Source: an uncultured virus (IMG/VR IMGVR_UViG_3300020049_004016) (Duplodnaviria; Heunggongvirae; Uroviricota; Caudoviricetes). Taken from it: a stretch of DNA of 64,000 nt. Below are positions 47,153-55,729 of this stretch, piece after piece. The stretch's first letter is position 1, and every line of letters begins with the position of its first letter. Location: the IMG/VR virus record IMGVR_UViG_3300020049_004016. The stretch is one strand, 5' to 3'. Position numbers and translations under genes: made by a program. The notes beneath the pieces were generated by a model that saw only the letters and a program-made list of their open reading frames with translations, ran no database searches and was not told the origin of the DNA.

Positions 47153-47553
47153 TGATCGTGACCTGGTGTGATGGTTGACGTAGCGATCGGATAATCAACC
47201 ACGGTTGTTACGACAGTACCCGTAGAAATCGCAGATACGCCTTGTGTTGCGCCATGCGAATCGACAATGTTCCATGTCGGTGACACATAACCATTACCGG
47301 TTGCTGTAGAAGCAGCCGTACCGCTGATCGAGTTAGCGATGGTTGGTGTTGCGCCCGATAAAGAAAGTGTTGACGAACCGGTTAAACTTGCAGTTGAAAT
47401 TTGTGACTGCGCTTGACCTACGCCAGCCGATACGTTCGTACCCACCATTACGGTGCCGTTCATTACAGAAGCGATGTTGGCAACAGGTGCCGGTTGTGTT
47501 GCAAAAGCAGTTGAAGTTAGTAATAAAGATGCAGCTAAAGTTAAATGTTTCAT
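47146..47553 (-). CDS. Exported Ser/Thr/Ala-rich protein
   Basis: Signal peptide MKHLTLAASLLLTSTAFA; ends in HDHD. Confidence 0.7.
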   Translation of the reverse strand: MKHLTLAASLLLTSTAFATQPAPVANIASVMNGTVMVGTNVSAGVGQAQSQISTASLTGSSTLSLSGATPTIANSISGTAASTATGNGYVSPTWNIVDSHGATQGVSAISTGTVVTTVVDYPIATSTITPGHDHD

Positions 47554-47735
47554 TTGTTTATTCCTATTAAATTAAAATTAAAAAGTGGTTAAGGGTTTGT
47601 CTTGCGAAGGGCTATCGGTACTTGGTTCCGGCCTTGCCAACCTTCGACGTGGTTGTTACGTTTTTGTGTTCCCTTGAGGAAGAATTATACGGAAAGTTTA
47701 GTATTAGTAAACTTTTTATTTGCGCGTAAGGTGTA

Positions 47736-49088
47736 TTATTTTTCAAAGTGTTTATTTTTCAATGCGTTAAGTAGATTAGCTTGCGTCACATCTTTGGCAG
47801 CGAGTGCGGTTATCAATCTTTCGTCGATGGTATCTCTTGCCACTATATGTATGATACGCACAGGTCGGGTCTGTCCTTGTCTATACACACGCCCATTGAA
47901 CTGTTGATAAAGTTCGAGTGACCAGTTGAGACCGAACCATACGATGATCCCACCGCCTTGTTGTAAATTTAGACCAAAACCGGCTGACTGTGGGTGTGCA
48001 AGAAGTAGTGGTATCTCTCCACCGTTCCACCGTGTGATTGTATCTGGACTCTTATCAAGCTGTTGCGCTTGTGGGAAGCGTTTTTGTAGACGCTCAAGAT
48101 CTGTTTTAAAATTATATGCAACTAAAATGTTCTCCCCTTCGTTCTGCTCAATGATGTCTGCGAGCGCATCGAGTTTAACTGAGTGTATCTCTGCCCAGTT
48201 TTTATGCTCATCGGTATAGATTGCTCCAACCGAATATTGAAGCAACTTGTTTGCAAGCACTGCTGCTGATATTGCTTCTACCACATCACCGGAATCGAGT
48301 TCTAAAAGAAGATGTTTTTCAAACTCGTCATATTGTTTTTGGATCTTTGCAGGTAGCTCTACATACTCGGTCAAATCGATACGCTCAGGTAACTCTAGAT
48401 AATCCTCCGCACTCATAGACAGAACCATATGTTGGATCGCATTATGTATCTGTATATCAGCGCCTACTCGTGGTGTGTATTTATAACCCATGTAATCAGG
48501 TTCAAAGAAGCGTTGCTTGTACGCGGTCATAGTGCGACCTAATGCGATACCACTATCTAATAGATAAATCTGCGCCCATAGATCGAGCAGACCGTTCGAC
48601 GCTGGTGTGGCAGTCAGACCGATAAAATAGTTAGTGAACGGTAAGATTTTCTTTAAATACTTATGACGTTGTGACGCAGAGCTCTTTAGACTTGATAATT
48701 CATCGACTACCACCATATCGAAAGGCCACTTCTTACCGTACAATTTGACCAACCACGGGATGTTTTCTCGATTGATGGTGTACACGTCTGCTGTACGATG
48801 TAACGCGGTCAGACGATCTTTTTCTGTGCCCGTGCACACTTGTACTTTTAAGTGTGTTAAGTGCCGCCAATTGGCTGCTTCAGCGTGCCAGACTGAGTTA
48901 GCGACTCGGAGCGGTGCTATAACGAGTACCTTATGCACGTTCATCTGATCCTGAAGATCGGAAATAGCCGTAAGTGTTATCGTGGTCTTGCCTAATCCTA
49001 AATCTAACAGTAAAGCACAACGTCTCTTCTCTTTGATAAACTCGACCGCTTTGGTTTGATACGCGTGCATATCACTTTTTAAATGCAC
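47736..49088 (-). CDS. SNF2-family helicase
   Basis: LLLDLGLGKT, VIAPLRV, VVVDELS, GLTATP, GFGLNLQ, QFNGRVYRQGQ; GGAGG RBS before GTG 49088. Confidence 0.92.
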   Translation of the reverse strand: MHLKSDMHAYQTKAVEFIKEKRRCALLLDLGLGKTTITLTAISDLQDQMNVHKVLVIAPLRVANSVWHAEAANWRHLTHLKVQVCTGTEKDRLTALHRTADVYTINRENIPWLVKLYGKKWPFDMVVVDELSSLKSSASQRHKYLKKILPFTNYFIGLTATPASNGLLDLWAQIYLLDSGIALGRTMTAYKQRFFEPDYMGYKYTPRVGADIQIHNAIQHMVLSMSAEDYLELPERIDLTEYVELPAKIQKQYDEFEKHLLLELDSGDVVEAISAAVLANKLLQYSVGAIYTDEHKNWAEIHSVKLDALADIIEQNEGENILVAYNFKTDLERLQKRFPQAQQLDKSPDTITRWNGGEIPLLLAHPQSAGFGLNLQQGGGIIVWFGLNWSLELYQQFNGRVYRQGQTRPVRIIHIVARDTIDERLITALAAKDVTQANLLNALKNKHFEK

Positions 49089-49344
49089 GAGCGTCCTCCA
49101 TTGAGTTGATAACGCGCACATCACAACCGAGTGCACGTCTACGTTCATGATCGAGTTCTTGTAACGGTGTCGCGTGTTTACCTTCGTTCTTCAGTTCAAC
49201 GAATATGATCACTCCTCCAGGTAGTGTTACGATACGATCAGGTACTGACCTTCGTCCGCTTATGAACTTTTCAGCCATACCACCCAATTCTTTAACTCGC
49301 TTGACGAGTGCTTGCTCAATGTGTCGTTCAAGCATTATATCCAA
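49072..49344 (-). CDS. VRR-NUC domain nuclease
   Basis: LERHIE...VPDRIV...IFVELK...TPLQ. Confidence 0.9.
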   Translation of the reverse strand: MDIMLERHIEQALVKRVKELGGMAEKFISGRRSVPDRIVTLPGGVIIFVELKNEGKHATPLQELDHERRRALGCDVRVINSMEDARAFKK

Positions 49345-50131
49345 CCTCTTTTAATAATTCGTTAGCCATACTGATGTACACTGGGTAGTCCACATCTTGC
49401 GGGAAGATGTCTGGTAGATCCATTAACGGTCTTGCGCCACCTGACATCGGCACTCGGTTTGAATTCTTCGCGTAGTGTATGCAGATCTCTTTATCAACGT
49501 CACGCGAGTAGTAAAAGCGTACGGCTTTACCGAGGTAACCACCTTGCCATGTTGCACCGCCAGTCACCTTACGCACTGTGACGAACTGAGTTATGTCGTT
49601 ACATTCCATGATGGTTTGCTCGATAGGGGTGTTGCGCGCCACGCAATACGCAACCGCTTTCTGTACGATCGAACAGTTCGGGTTCTTAGCAAGACCTGTG
49701 GATGCGAAGATACCTTTGCCTTTGATCTTACCGTCGGTTTTAACAGCGATGTAGTTATTAACATCTCTCGATACGAGTTTTGAATACTCGGTAGTTTCTA
49801 ACTGATAACCTGTATCTAGCTCCCAATCAAAAGCGACTTCCTCACAAGCATCTAAAAGGGATAAGGGAGCATAGCAAACAATACCATCAGTGTTTGCAGA
49901 TACTATTTGTATACCTTTATCCTCCATGCGTTCTATTAAAGACAATAGCGCAAGCTGTCCGGTCAAGGTTGTTTGTAATAATAATTCTGGCGCATAGAGA
50001 ACACTGTATTTTGATCCTAGCTTGCCGAACGAGCCATTGGTCGAGAGTTTTTTTGAATCTGATTCTGTTTTGTATTTTAGTAGTTCAGCTTTGGCTTCGG
50101 ACAATCTATTTTTAATTTCTATTTTAGTCAT
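49328..50131 (-). CDS. Family B DNA polymerase, C-terminal part (motifs B and C, thumb)
   Basis: KKLSTNGSFGKLG (motif B), VSANTDGI (motif C), RDVNNY, KGKG. Confidence 0.9.
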   Translation of the reverse strand: MTKIEIKNRLSEAKAELLKYKTESDSKKLSTNGSFGKLGSKYSVLYAPELLLQTTLTGQLALLSLIERMEDKGIQIVSANTDGIVCYAPLSLLDACEEVAFDWELDTGYQLETTEYSKLVSRDVNNYIAVKTDGKIKGKGIFASTGLAKNPNCSIVQKAVAYCVARNTPIEQTIMECNDITQFVTVRKVTGGATWQGGYLGKAVRFYYSRDVDKEICIHYAKNSNRVPMSGGARPLMDLPDIFPQDVDYPVYISMANELLKEVGYNA

Positions 50132-50132
50132 T

Positions 50133-50864
50133 TTATTTATCTCTCTTTTTCCAAATATAATTCATATATGTTGGTTTATATCCATTACAAACCGAATATA
50201 TATTTTGCCATTTATACGTAGGATTTTCTAAAATTATATCGTCGACAGAATCCCATGTTCTTATAAAAACATTTTCTCTAGTGAATTGATCAAATATATA
50301 TTTCCTTTTAGCTATTTTAACTTTGGCTACCATATCTTTTCTTTTGTCAAAGTCAGACCATGTTTGTATTGAACTGATTGACATTTTGTTTCTCCATTCT
50401 TCACCATAAATAAGGCCTCCAGAATGTCTATCTTTTGCAATATCAGACATTTTTTGTTTTTGTTCGTCTGACCATCGATTACCATAGTTAGGGTTTTTCT
50501 CTCCCAAATTTGTCCCTTTCAATTCGTCACAATAATCTTTAGCCCATTTTCCCCCCGATAAAGCATCTTGACGAATGTTATATCCAAATCCCCTATCTTT
50601 TGTATTATAGTGATCCATCCAATATGCTTCTCTATCTAATAAAATAGATTTATCATAAGTTTCAAATGTTTCTATAATTTCAAATTTAAAAACATCTGCT
50701 CCGTAAATTCTTCCGTCAGCGTGGAGATGTTTGTTAAAATCTTTATGTCTATTTTCTTTTTTTAAATTACATTTATGGCTATACCATCGAGATGTGGTAT
50801 CTTTACACGCCCCGATGTATTTCTTATTATTAACAGTGTTTGTGATTGAATAAATAGCGATCAT
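50133..50864 (-). CDS. GIY-YIG homing endonuclease inserted in the polymerase gene
   Basis: IAIYSITNTVNNKKYIG..RW..H..REAYW..GYN; GEKNPNYG and SDEQKQKMS NUMOD3-like repeats; own RBS AGGAGA. Confidence 0.9.
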   Translation of the reverse strand: MIAIYSITNTVNNKKYIGACKDTTSRWYSHKCNLKKENRHKDFNKHLHADGRIYGADVFKFEIIETFETYDKSILLDREAYWMDHYNTKDRGFGYNIRQDALSGGKWAKDYCDELKGTNLGEKNPNYGNRWSDEQKQKMSDIAKDRHSGGLIYGEEWRNKMSISSIQTWSDFDKRKDMVAKVKIAKRKYIFDQFTRENVFIRTWDSVDDIILENPTYKWQNIYSVCNGYKPTYMNYIWKKRDK

Positions 50865-50893
50865 GATGTTCTCCTAGTTGGGATAATACCATG

Positions 50894-51982
50894 CTACATG
50901 TTTTTTAATTCGTTTTCAAGATTATTTATTTCTTTAGTTAACTCAGCGATCTTTTTCTTTGCAAAGTTTCTTTTTTGAACAATATCTTTATATATTTTTA
51001 AGAAAGGTTTACCCATAGATTTTGGTGCTAATTTCTGCTGTAAGATGATGCTTGGATAGTAGCCCAAACAATCTTTCTCTTTTAGGAACCATCCTTCTTT
51101 AACATTTATATACTGCGACTTCTCACATGAGTGTAGACCACCAATACCCATCTGATACTTACGACCGCCAATTCTAATGTCTTCTTTCTTTAACCAATCT
51201 GGTAGCACTAGCGCACCGTTGATACCTAACTTAAACGGTTCTTTGATAACACGTGCCAAGATGTTGTTCAATTGCTCGCTCTTGAACGATACGATCTCAG
51301 GGTCTTGATAATAGAACTTCGCGTCATCAGCAACGGTAGGTCGTGAGGGTTTCTTACCGGTAATCTTTTGCAGTTCGCTGGAGATGACCGTCTCAGCAAT
51401 CTGCGCATCAGACTTAGAGCGCAAATCCATACCGTACTGCTCAGTCATCGACTCGCGTAGCGTGATCTGAGGGATGAGTGCTTGATAGAGTTCTTGTGTG
51501 GTCTGTAAGTCGTTCTCACAATAGTTTCTTAGCTCAACCCGTTGCTCAGGTGAGATGAGTGCAGACGGTTCGATAGGTAGGTCTTGCAGTTTCTTTGAGT
51601 GCAGCCTTCCACCGTAGATCTTCAAGGAAGACATACCAGGTGCTACTTCGATAAGATCAATATGATCCCATTTTGGGCAGGGTAGATTGTTATCTTGGTA
51701 AGTCCGATACGAGGATCGGTTTGATCCGATGATCGAGTCGCATAGACTTTTTATGTGTTTGTTGTTCCATCCACAGAGTGCTGCCACGATAATGGGTAAG
51801 TCGAAGTTATTCCCGTTGAAGCTGATCGTGGTGTTCTTACGCATGATATTGGACAGAACTGCTAGATCTAGCGGATGGTCTTCGTACAACTCAAGGTGGA
51901 TAACTTTACCAGTCTCTACGCATTTGGCCGCGAAGAGAAAGTAGTTAGTGTAGATCTCTGTATCGATGATTATCTTTTTCAT
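50894..51982 (-). CDS. Family B DNA polymerase, N-terminal part (3'-5' exonuclease and motif A)
   Basis: IIDTEIY (ExoI), FNGNNFDL (ExoII), YCENDL (ExoIII), GIGGLHS, DCLGYYPSII (motif A). Confidence 0.9.
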   Translation of the reverse strand: MKKIIIDTEIYTNYFLFAAKCVETGKVIHLELYEDHPLDLAVLSNIMRKNTTISFNGNNFDLPIIVAALCGWNNKHIKSLCDSIIGSNRSSYRTYQDNNLPCPKWDHIDLIEVAPGMSSLKIYGGRLHSKKLQDLPIEPSALISPEQRVELRNYCENDLQTTQELYQALIPQITLRESMTEQYGMDLRSKSDAQIAETVISSELQKITGKKPSRPTVADDAKFYYQDPEIVSFKSEQLNNILARVIKEPFKLGINGALVLPDWLKKEDIRIGGRKYQMGIGGLHSCEKSQYINVKEGWFLKEKDCLGYYPSIILQQKLAPKSMGKPFLKIYKDIVQKRNFAKKKIAELTKEINNLENELKNM

Positions 51983-52008
51983 TTTATGTTTCCTTGATAG
52001 GGTAGCTA

Positions 52009-52506
52009 TCAATTAATTGGTGCTGACGGGTGGTATATCTTTTTAGCATCTAAATATGCTTGATATGCTTCTTCTTTGGTATCAAAATATCCTAAATGTA
52101 TGTTTTTATAATTTGCTTTTATTCTAGCTCTCCATTTTTTATTTTTCTTATTTACTCCTGGATATCCTGATGTGTTTATACTTTTTAATGTTTGATTATG
52201 ACAATTCTCCATGTGTGTGACAAGTCGTAAATTGCATAATCTATTGTCAGACCTATTTCTATTTATATGATCTATCCTTAAGTGTTCTGGTATATCTCCA
52301 TTTGAAATTATCCAAGCCAACCTATGAGACTTATATGGTTTTCTATCAACCACTATGTATGGATACCCATAATGATCTAAAGGACCAAAAATAACTGTAT
52401 CTTTTGTAGCGTTAGACCCAACCGTAATTAATCTTTTAAAACTACCAACTTCAGGATCATATTCAAACAACTCTAACAATCTTTCTTGCGAAGGATGTGG
52501 GTTCAT
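52009..52506 (-). CDS. HNH endonuclease with AP2 DNA-binding domain
   Basis: HRLAW..IDHINRNRSDNRLCNLRLVT..EN; SGYPGV..KWRARI..IHLGYFDTKEEA. Confidence 0.92.
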   Translation of the reverse strand: MNPHPSQERLLELFEYDPEVGSFKRLITVGSNATKDTVIFGPLDHYGYPYIVVDRKPYKSHRLAWIISNGDIPEHLRIDHINRNRSDNRLCNLRLVTHMENCHNQTLKSINTSGYPGVNKKNKKWRARIKANYKNIHLGYFDTKEEAYQAYLDAKKIYHPSAPIN

Positions 52507-52517
52507 TTCTTTATCTC

Positions 52518-52626
52518 ATAAAAAAAGCTACACTCTCAATTCGCGGTAGGAATGGCTTGAAATTATGCCACGCGGTTTGAAAATATAGCTTTGTTTAAAT
52601 TTCAATTTAAGGTTCCTACACCTGAA
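52518..52626 (-). ncRNA. c4/CI-like structured leader 1 (upstream of the HNH-AP2 gene)
   Basis: Nested stems ending in a U-run; bulge and loop complementary to upstream leader segments; homologous to 53983-54089. Confidence 0.7.
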
Positions 52627-52649
52627 ACTAATTATAACACGGTAATGAG

Positions 52650-52672
52650 AAAGCCCCAACTTAATGGGGCTT
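52650..52672 (-). terminator. Terminator hairpin after the SSB gene
   Basis: AAGCCCCA-N7-TGGGGCTT. Confidence 0.7.
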
Positions 52673-52679
52673 AATTTAT

Positions 52680-53204
52680 TTAGAATACGTCGTCTTCGTC
52701 TGAATCGAATGCGTCGAAATCGTTTAGACTGCCTGAAGAACCATCTCCAAAAGGTTGACCATCCTTGAAGAACTGAATGCCTAATAGAGTAGCATTTATA
52801 CGCTTACCCCACGCGTTATCTTGACTCCAGATCTCGATACTCGCATTGACATAACAACCTGAGTAAGGCTTACCATCATCTTCGGCCAGTGGAGACTTGT
52901 CTCTGTCGATAACCAGTGGACGTTTTTTAGAGCTGGCTTTTAAACTGAAGTGATTAGCGTAACCATCATAGTCAACCAAATCACCGTCACGTAAGCACAA
53001 CTTTTCAGGGCCAACTTTAGCACCCTTAAGATTGGTCTTGATCAGTTCTTTGATCTGAGCTTGGATTGATTCGATCTGATCCGCTTGCGTTTCTTTGTCA
53101 AGCAGGAAAGTACCTTCGAACCCAGTTTCTTCACCGCTGAATACAGCTTTCTTGAATAATGAAGGGAAAGACAGACGTACGTTTTTTAAGATTATTTTAG
53201 CCAT
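52680..53204 (-). CDS. Single-stranded DNA-binding protein (DUF2815-like)
   Basis: VRLSFPSLF; CLRDGD; YSGCYVNASI; GIQFFKDG; acidic tail ending in Phe. Confidence 0.88.
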   Translation of the reverse strand: MAKIILKNVRLSFPSLFKKAVFSGEETGFEGTFLLDKETQADQIESIQAQIKELIKTNLKGAKVGPEKLCLRDGDLVDYDGYANHFSLKASSKKRPLVIDRDKSPLAEDDGKPYSGCYVNASIEIWSQDNAWGKRINATLLGIQFFKDGQPFGDGSSGSLNDFDAFDSDEDDVF

Positions 53205-53252
53205 TGTTATTTTTCCTTTTAGGATTGAGTTTTAAGTTTTATTTTTACAGCG

Positions 53253-53287
53253 TGTTAAGTATAACTTAACTTTTATTCGGATGTCAA
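53253..53287 (-). promoter_or_regulatory. sigma70 promoter with overlapping 19-bp operator
   Basis: TTGACA-N18-TATACT on the - strand; TGTTAAG-TATAA-CTTAACT at 53253-53271. Confidence 0.75.
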
Positions 53288-53970
53288 ATTTTATTTTCTA
53301 ATCTTGCCCAACTAACCGACTGAGCATATTCTGTTACTTTTTGTTTTGCGAACACATATATCTCTTTATAGTGCATGTTTTCATTCATACCTTTTCGTAT
53401 CGCTGTGGAAGCTATGTTCTCAGCGACTTGTAAAAATCCTATCTGCATAAGATCTAGTGTATCTCTAAAATTACCAGAAGAACTTTTACTTTGTTCCAAC
53501 ATATCTAAAGCTTTATATTCCATCTTTGTTAAATTAGCATAATACATTTTTGCATTCACACTAGATTGATCGGTTGCATACTCTACAAAATCTTGGATAG
53601 TATCTGTCGTTTCTTTTCTAACAGCTTTGCCTTGAAGTCTTGCCGCTTTCCAATCTAGATTTGAACGTGTTTTTAATAACTCAGACTCCATCATATTGAA
53701 AGCTTCAAGAAACTTCTCTTTCCAAACCATTGCTTTCTTACCAGTAAAACCCATAACTAACATTGAGAAACCATTTCTAGTTATTACGTATTCTTGATAA
53801 GTCCTACCTTTATCATCTTGATAATCAATTTGCTCAAAATTGAGCCGATTAAATTCACTACTAGATTCTAAATTTTCTATTGCTCTGATAACATTCTTGT
53901 GAGCTTTGCCAAAATACTCAGCGATTATCCTAGAAGTGGTTGTCATTTCTTTAGTAACTAACTCATTCAT
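53284..53970 (-). CDS. Rha family phage regulatory protein
   Basis: TTSRIIAEYFGKAHKNVIRAI; NF...Y.DDKGR; ITRNGFSMLVMGFTGKKA..WKEKFLEAFNMME. Confidence 0.92.
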   Translation of the reverse strand: MNELVTKEMTTTSRIIAEYFGKAHKNVIRAIENLESSSEFNRLNFEQIDYQDDKGRTYQEYVITRNGFSMLVMGFTGKKAMVWKEKFLEAFNMMESELLKTRSNLDWKAARLQGKAVRKETTDTIQDFVEYATDQSSVNAKMYYANLTKMEYKALDMLEQSKSSSGNFRDTLDLMQIGFLQVAENIASTAIRKGMNENMHYKEIYVFAKQKVTEYAQSVSWARLENKI

Positions 53971-53982
53971 TTTATTACTCGC

Positions 53983-54089
53983 ATAAAAAAAGCTGATCTC
54001 AATTGCCGGGTAGTAATGGCTCAGAAGTTTGCCACCGACATTTAGAGATACAGCTTTGTTTAACTACTGATTTAACGGTTACTACACCG
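53983..54089 (-). ncRNA. c4/CI-like structured leader 2 (upstream of the Rha gene)
   Basis: Same architecture as leader 1 with compensatory changes; TTGACA-N18-TATTAT promoter at 54097-54126. Confidence 0.7.
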
Positions 54090-54122
54090 AGGCTTAATAA
54101 TAACCTCGGTTTGAAACATTTG

Positions 54123-54377
54123 TCAAATTTTATTTTTCTCCTCGCATTCTTGTAAAAACTTTTGAAATGCTTCGATAGCATCCCAATAACCATCTTGAGT
54201 CAAACTGCCTTGTTGTCTCAATTTTGCGTGCAATTCCATTTTCTCTGTATTACTCAAAAACCCACGTTCAGGCTGTGCAAGAAACTCTTGAATATCAATT
54301 TTTAGTTCTGGACACACTAGATTATGATATTGCATCTCATCTAAGCAGCTTTCTAACAAATCCCGTTCTTTAGACAT
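54123..54377 (-). CDS. MSKER/LAQPE family protein C
   Basis: MSKERDLL..FLAQPER. Confidence 0.7.
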   Translation of the reverse strand: MSKERDLLESCLDEMQYHNLVCPELKIDIQEFLAQPERGFLSNTEKMELHAKLRQQGSLTQDGYWDAIEAFQKFLQECEEKNKI

Positions 54378-54444
54378 TATAATTCCTTAACAAAACCAAA
54401 GCACAATAGCTACAAACACTAAAGACGTATATAGTATATTTTCA

Positions 54445-54693
54445 CTACTCATCATCTACCCCTATATCGTGTGCCATTTCAATAGCTCTCCCTAGAATTG
54501 TTGGGTAACCACTATAATAATTTGTTAAATCCTCAAGGCGTTCATTGCTCAAAGGCTGAAGTTTCTTTTCAGGTTGGGCGAGTAGCTCTATGGCTCTACC
54601 AATTAGAACATCAGCGTTACGCTGTAGACCGCCCATGCTCGTGCATTCTAATAAGATTTTCATATCCTTTATTAACTCTCTTTCTTTAGACAT
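54445..54693 (-). CDS. MSKER/LAQPE family protein D
   Basis: MSKERELI..LAQPEK..PLSN..AHDIGVDDE. Confidence 0.7.
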   Translation of the reverse strand: MSKERELIKDMKILLECTSMGGLQRNADVLIGRAIELLAQPEKKLQPLSNERLEDLTNYYSGYPTILGRAIEMAHDIGVDDE

Positions 54694-54928
54694 TTTTATT
54701 CCTCATAAAATTTACAAATTTCTCTGCGCAATTCATACACAACCATTCGTTTTTTCTATCATAATTATTACCTGCACCATTACCTTGGTAATCCCTACTC
54801 CCTAGGTGACCTTTATAAGTTACTATCATTTCCCCCCATTTTTGTTTGTCTTTACCATTGCTTGTATCACCAATATGTCCGCAACGATCACATATACAAT
54901 TTACTACCATGTGTTCTGTTTTAGACAT
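54686..54928 (-). CDS. Zn-ribbon hypothetical protein
   Basis: CDRCG...LCMNC. Confidence 0.6.
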   Translation of the reverse strand: MSKTEHMVVNCICDRCGHIGDTSNGKDKQKWGEMIVTYKGHLGSRDYQGNGAGNNYDRKNEWLCMNCAEKFVNFMRNKNV

Positions 54929-55055
54929 TTTTCTCCTCGATCTGCTCTAATATTATTGCGATGATCTTCTCCGCGTAATGCTGGCGATCCTTGGAGCTGT
55001 TGGTCGGTTTTTGATACAGGTCGAGCAAGTTTTGTATATCTTTAGTTAGTCTCAT

Positions 55056-55325
55056 CTAATCCCCCAGTGTCATTTCGTATTGACGTTGTGCGTCTAAGAA
55101 TCGTTCAGCGTCAATCTGATCGTTCTTCATTTGTTGTCTTGCTTGTTGCAGTTCGTTCAAGACCTGGATGCGTTGCATATTAGCGATCGCATGTTCAACC
55201 TCTTGCTGTTGTTCAAGCGAGCTATAACCATGGTAGCGATACCCGTAACCATAATCAGAGTCATCAACAGCATGGGCGTTTGTATGTACACACATTGTGA
55301 GTATAAGTGCGATTAGTTTTTTCAT
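55056..55325 (-). CDS. Exported hypothetical protein
   Basis: MKKLIALILTMCVHTNAHA signal peptide. Confidence 0.55.
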   Translation of the reverse strand: MKKLIALILTMCVHTNAHAVDDSDYGYGYRYHGYSSLEQQQEVEHAIANMQRIQVLNELQQARQQMKNDQIDAERFLDAQRQYEMTLGD

Positions 55326-55663
55326 TAGTAATCTCCTACGTCTTCTTGTGACACTTCGAGATAATCCCAAACAAGGTCTTCCAGTCTGTCATTGTTGATC
55401 AGATCCTCGATCAGAGCAGACTGCTCAGGTGTGATCTTGATCGCGTTACCATGCTCGTTATAGATCTTAGTGATAACGAGGTTCTCTACTTCAACGCTTG
55501 GTAGTTCTTCGGGTTGCCACATTGTGCCTGCGTAACCTCTGCTCGCCCAGACTTCCACTTCAAGTAAGAGTGAGGAGATCTCATCGGCAAGGTTGAGACG
55601 TTTACCGACGGTGTTGTCGATCTCTTGCTCGGTGGTCAACATGTAATCTATTTCTATTATCAT
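55325..55663 (-). CDS. Acidic hypothetical protein
   Basis: First gene after the promoter at 55701-55729; RBS AAGGA. Confidence 0.6.
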   Translation of the reverse strand: MIIEIDYMLTTEQEIDNTVGKRLNLADEISSLLLEVEVWASRGYAGTMWQPEELPSVEVENLVITKIYNEHGNAIKITPEQSALIEDLINNDRLEDLVWDYLEVSQEDVGDY

Positions 55664-55695
55664 TTTAGTTTTCCTTTTTAGGTTTTTTTAAGTCG

Positions 55696-55729
55696 TGTTA
55701 AGTATAAGTCAACACCTATGGTGTGTCAA
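55696..55729 (-). promoter_or_regulatory. sigma70 promoter with overlapping 19-bp operator
   Basis: TTGACA-N17-TATACT on the - strand; TGTTAAG-TATAA-GTCAACA at 55696-55714. Confidence 0.8.

Noticed and set aside
49328..52012. Group I intron or split intein in the DNA polymerase
   Set aside because: Spacers around the GIY-YIG ORF are only 29 nt and 1 nt, and neither half has Cys/Ser-start or His-Asn intein ends
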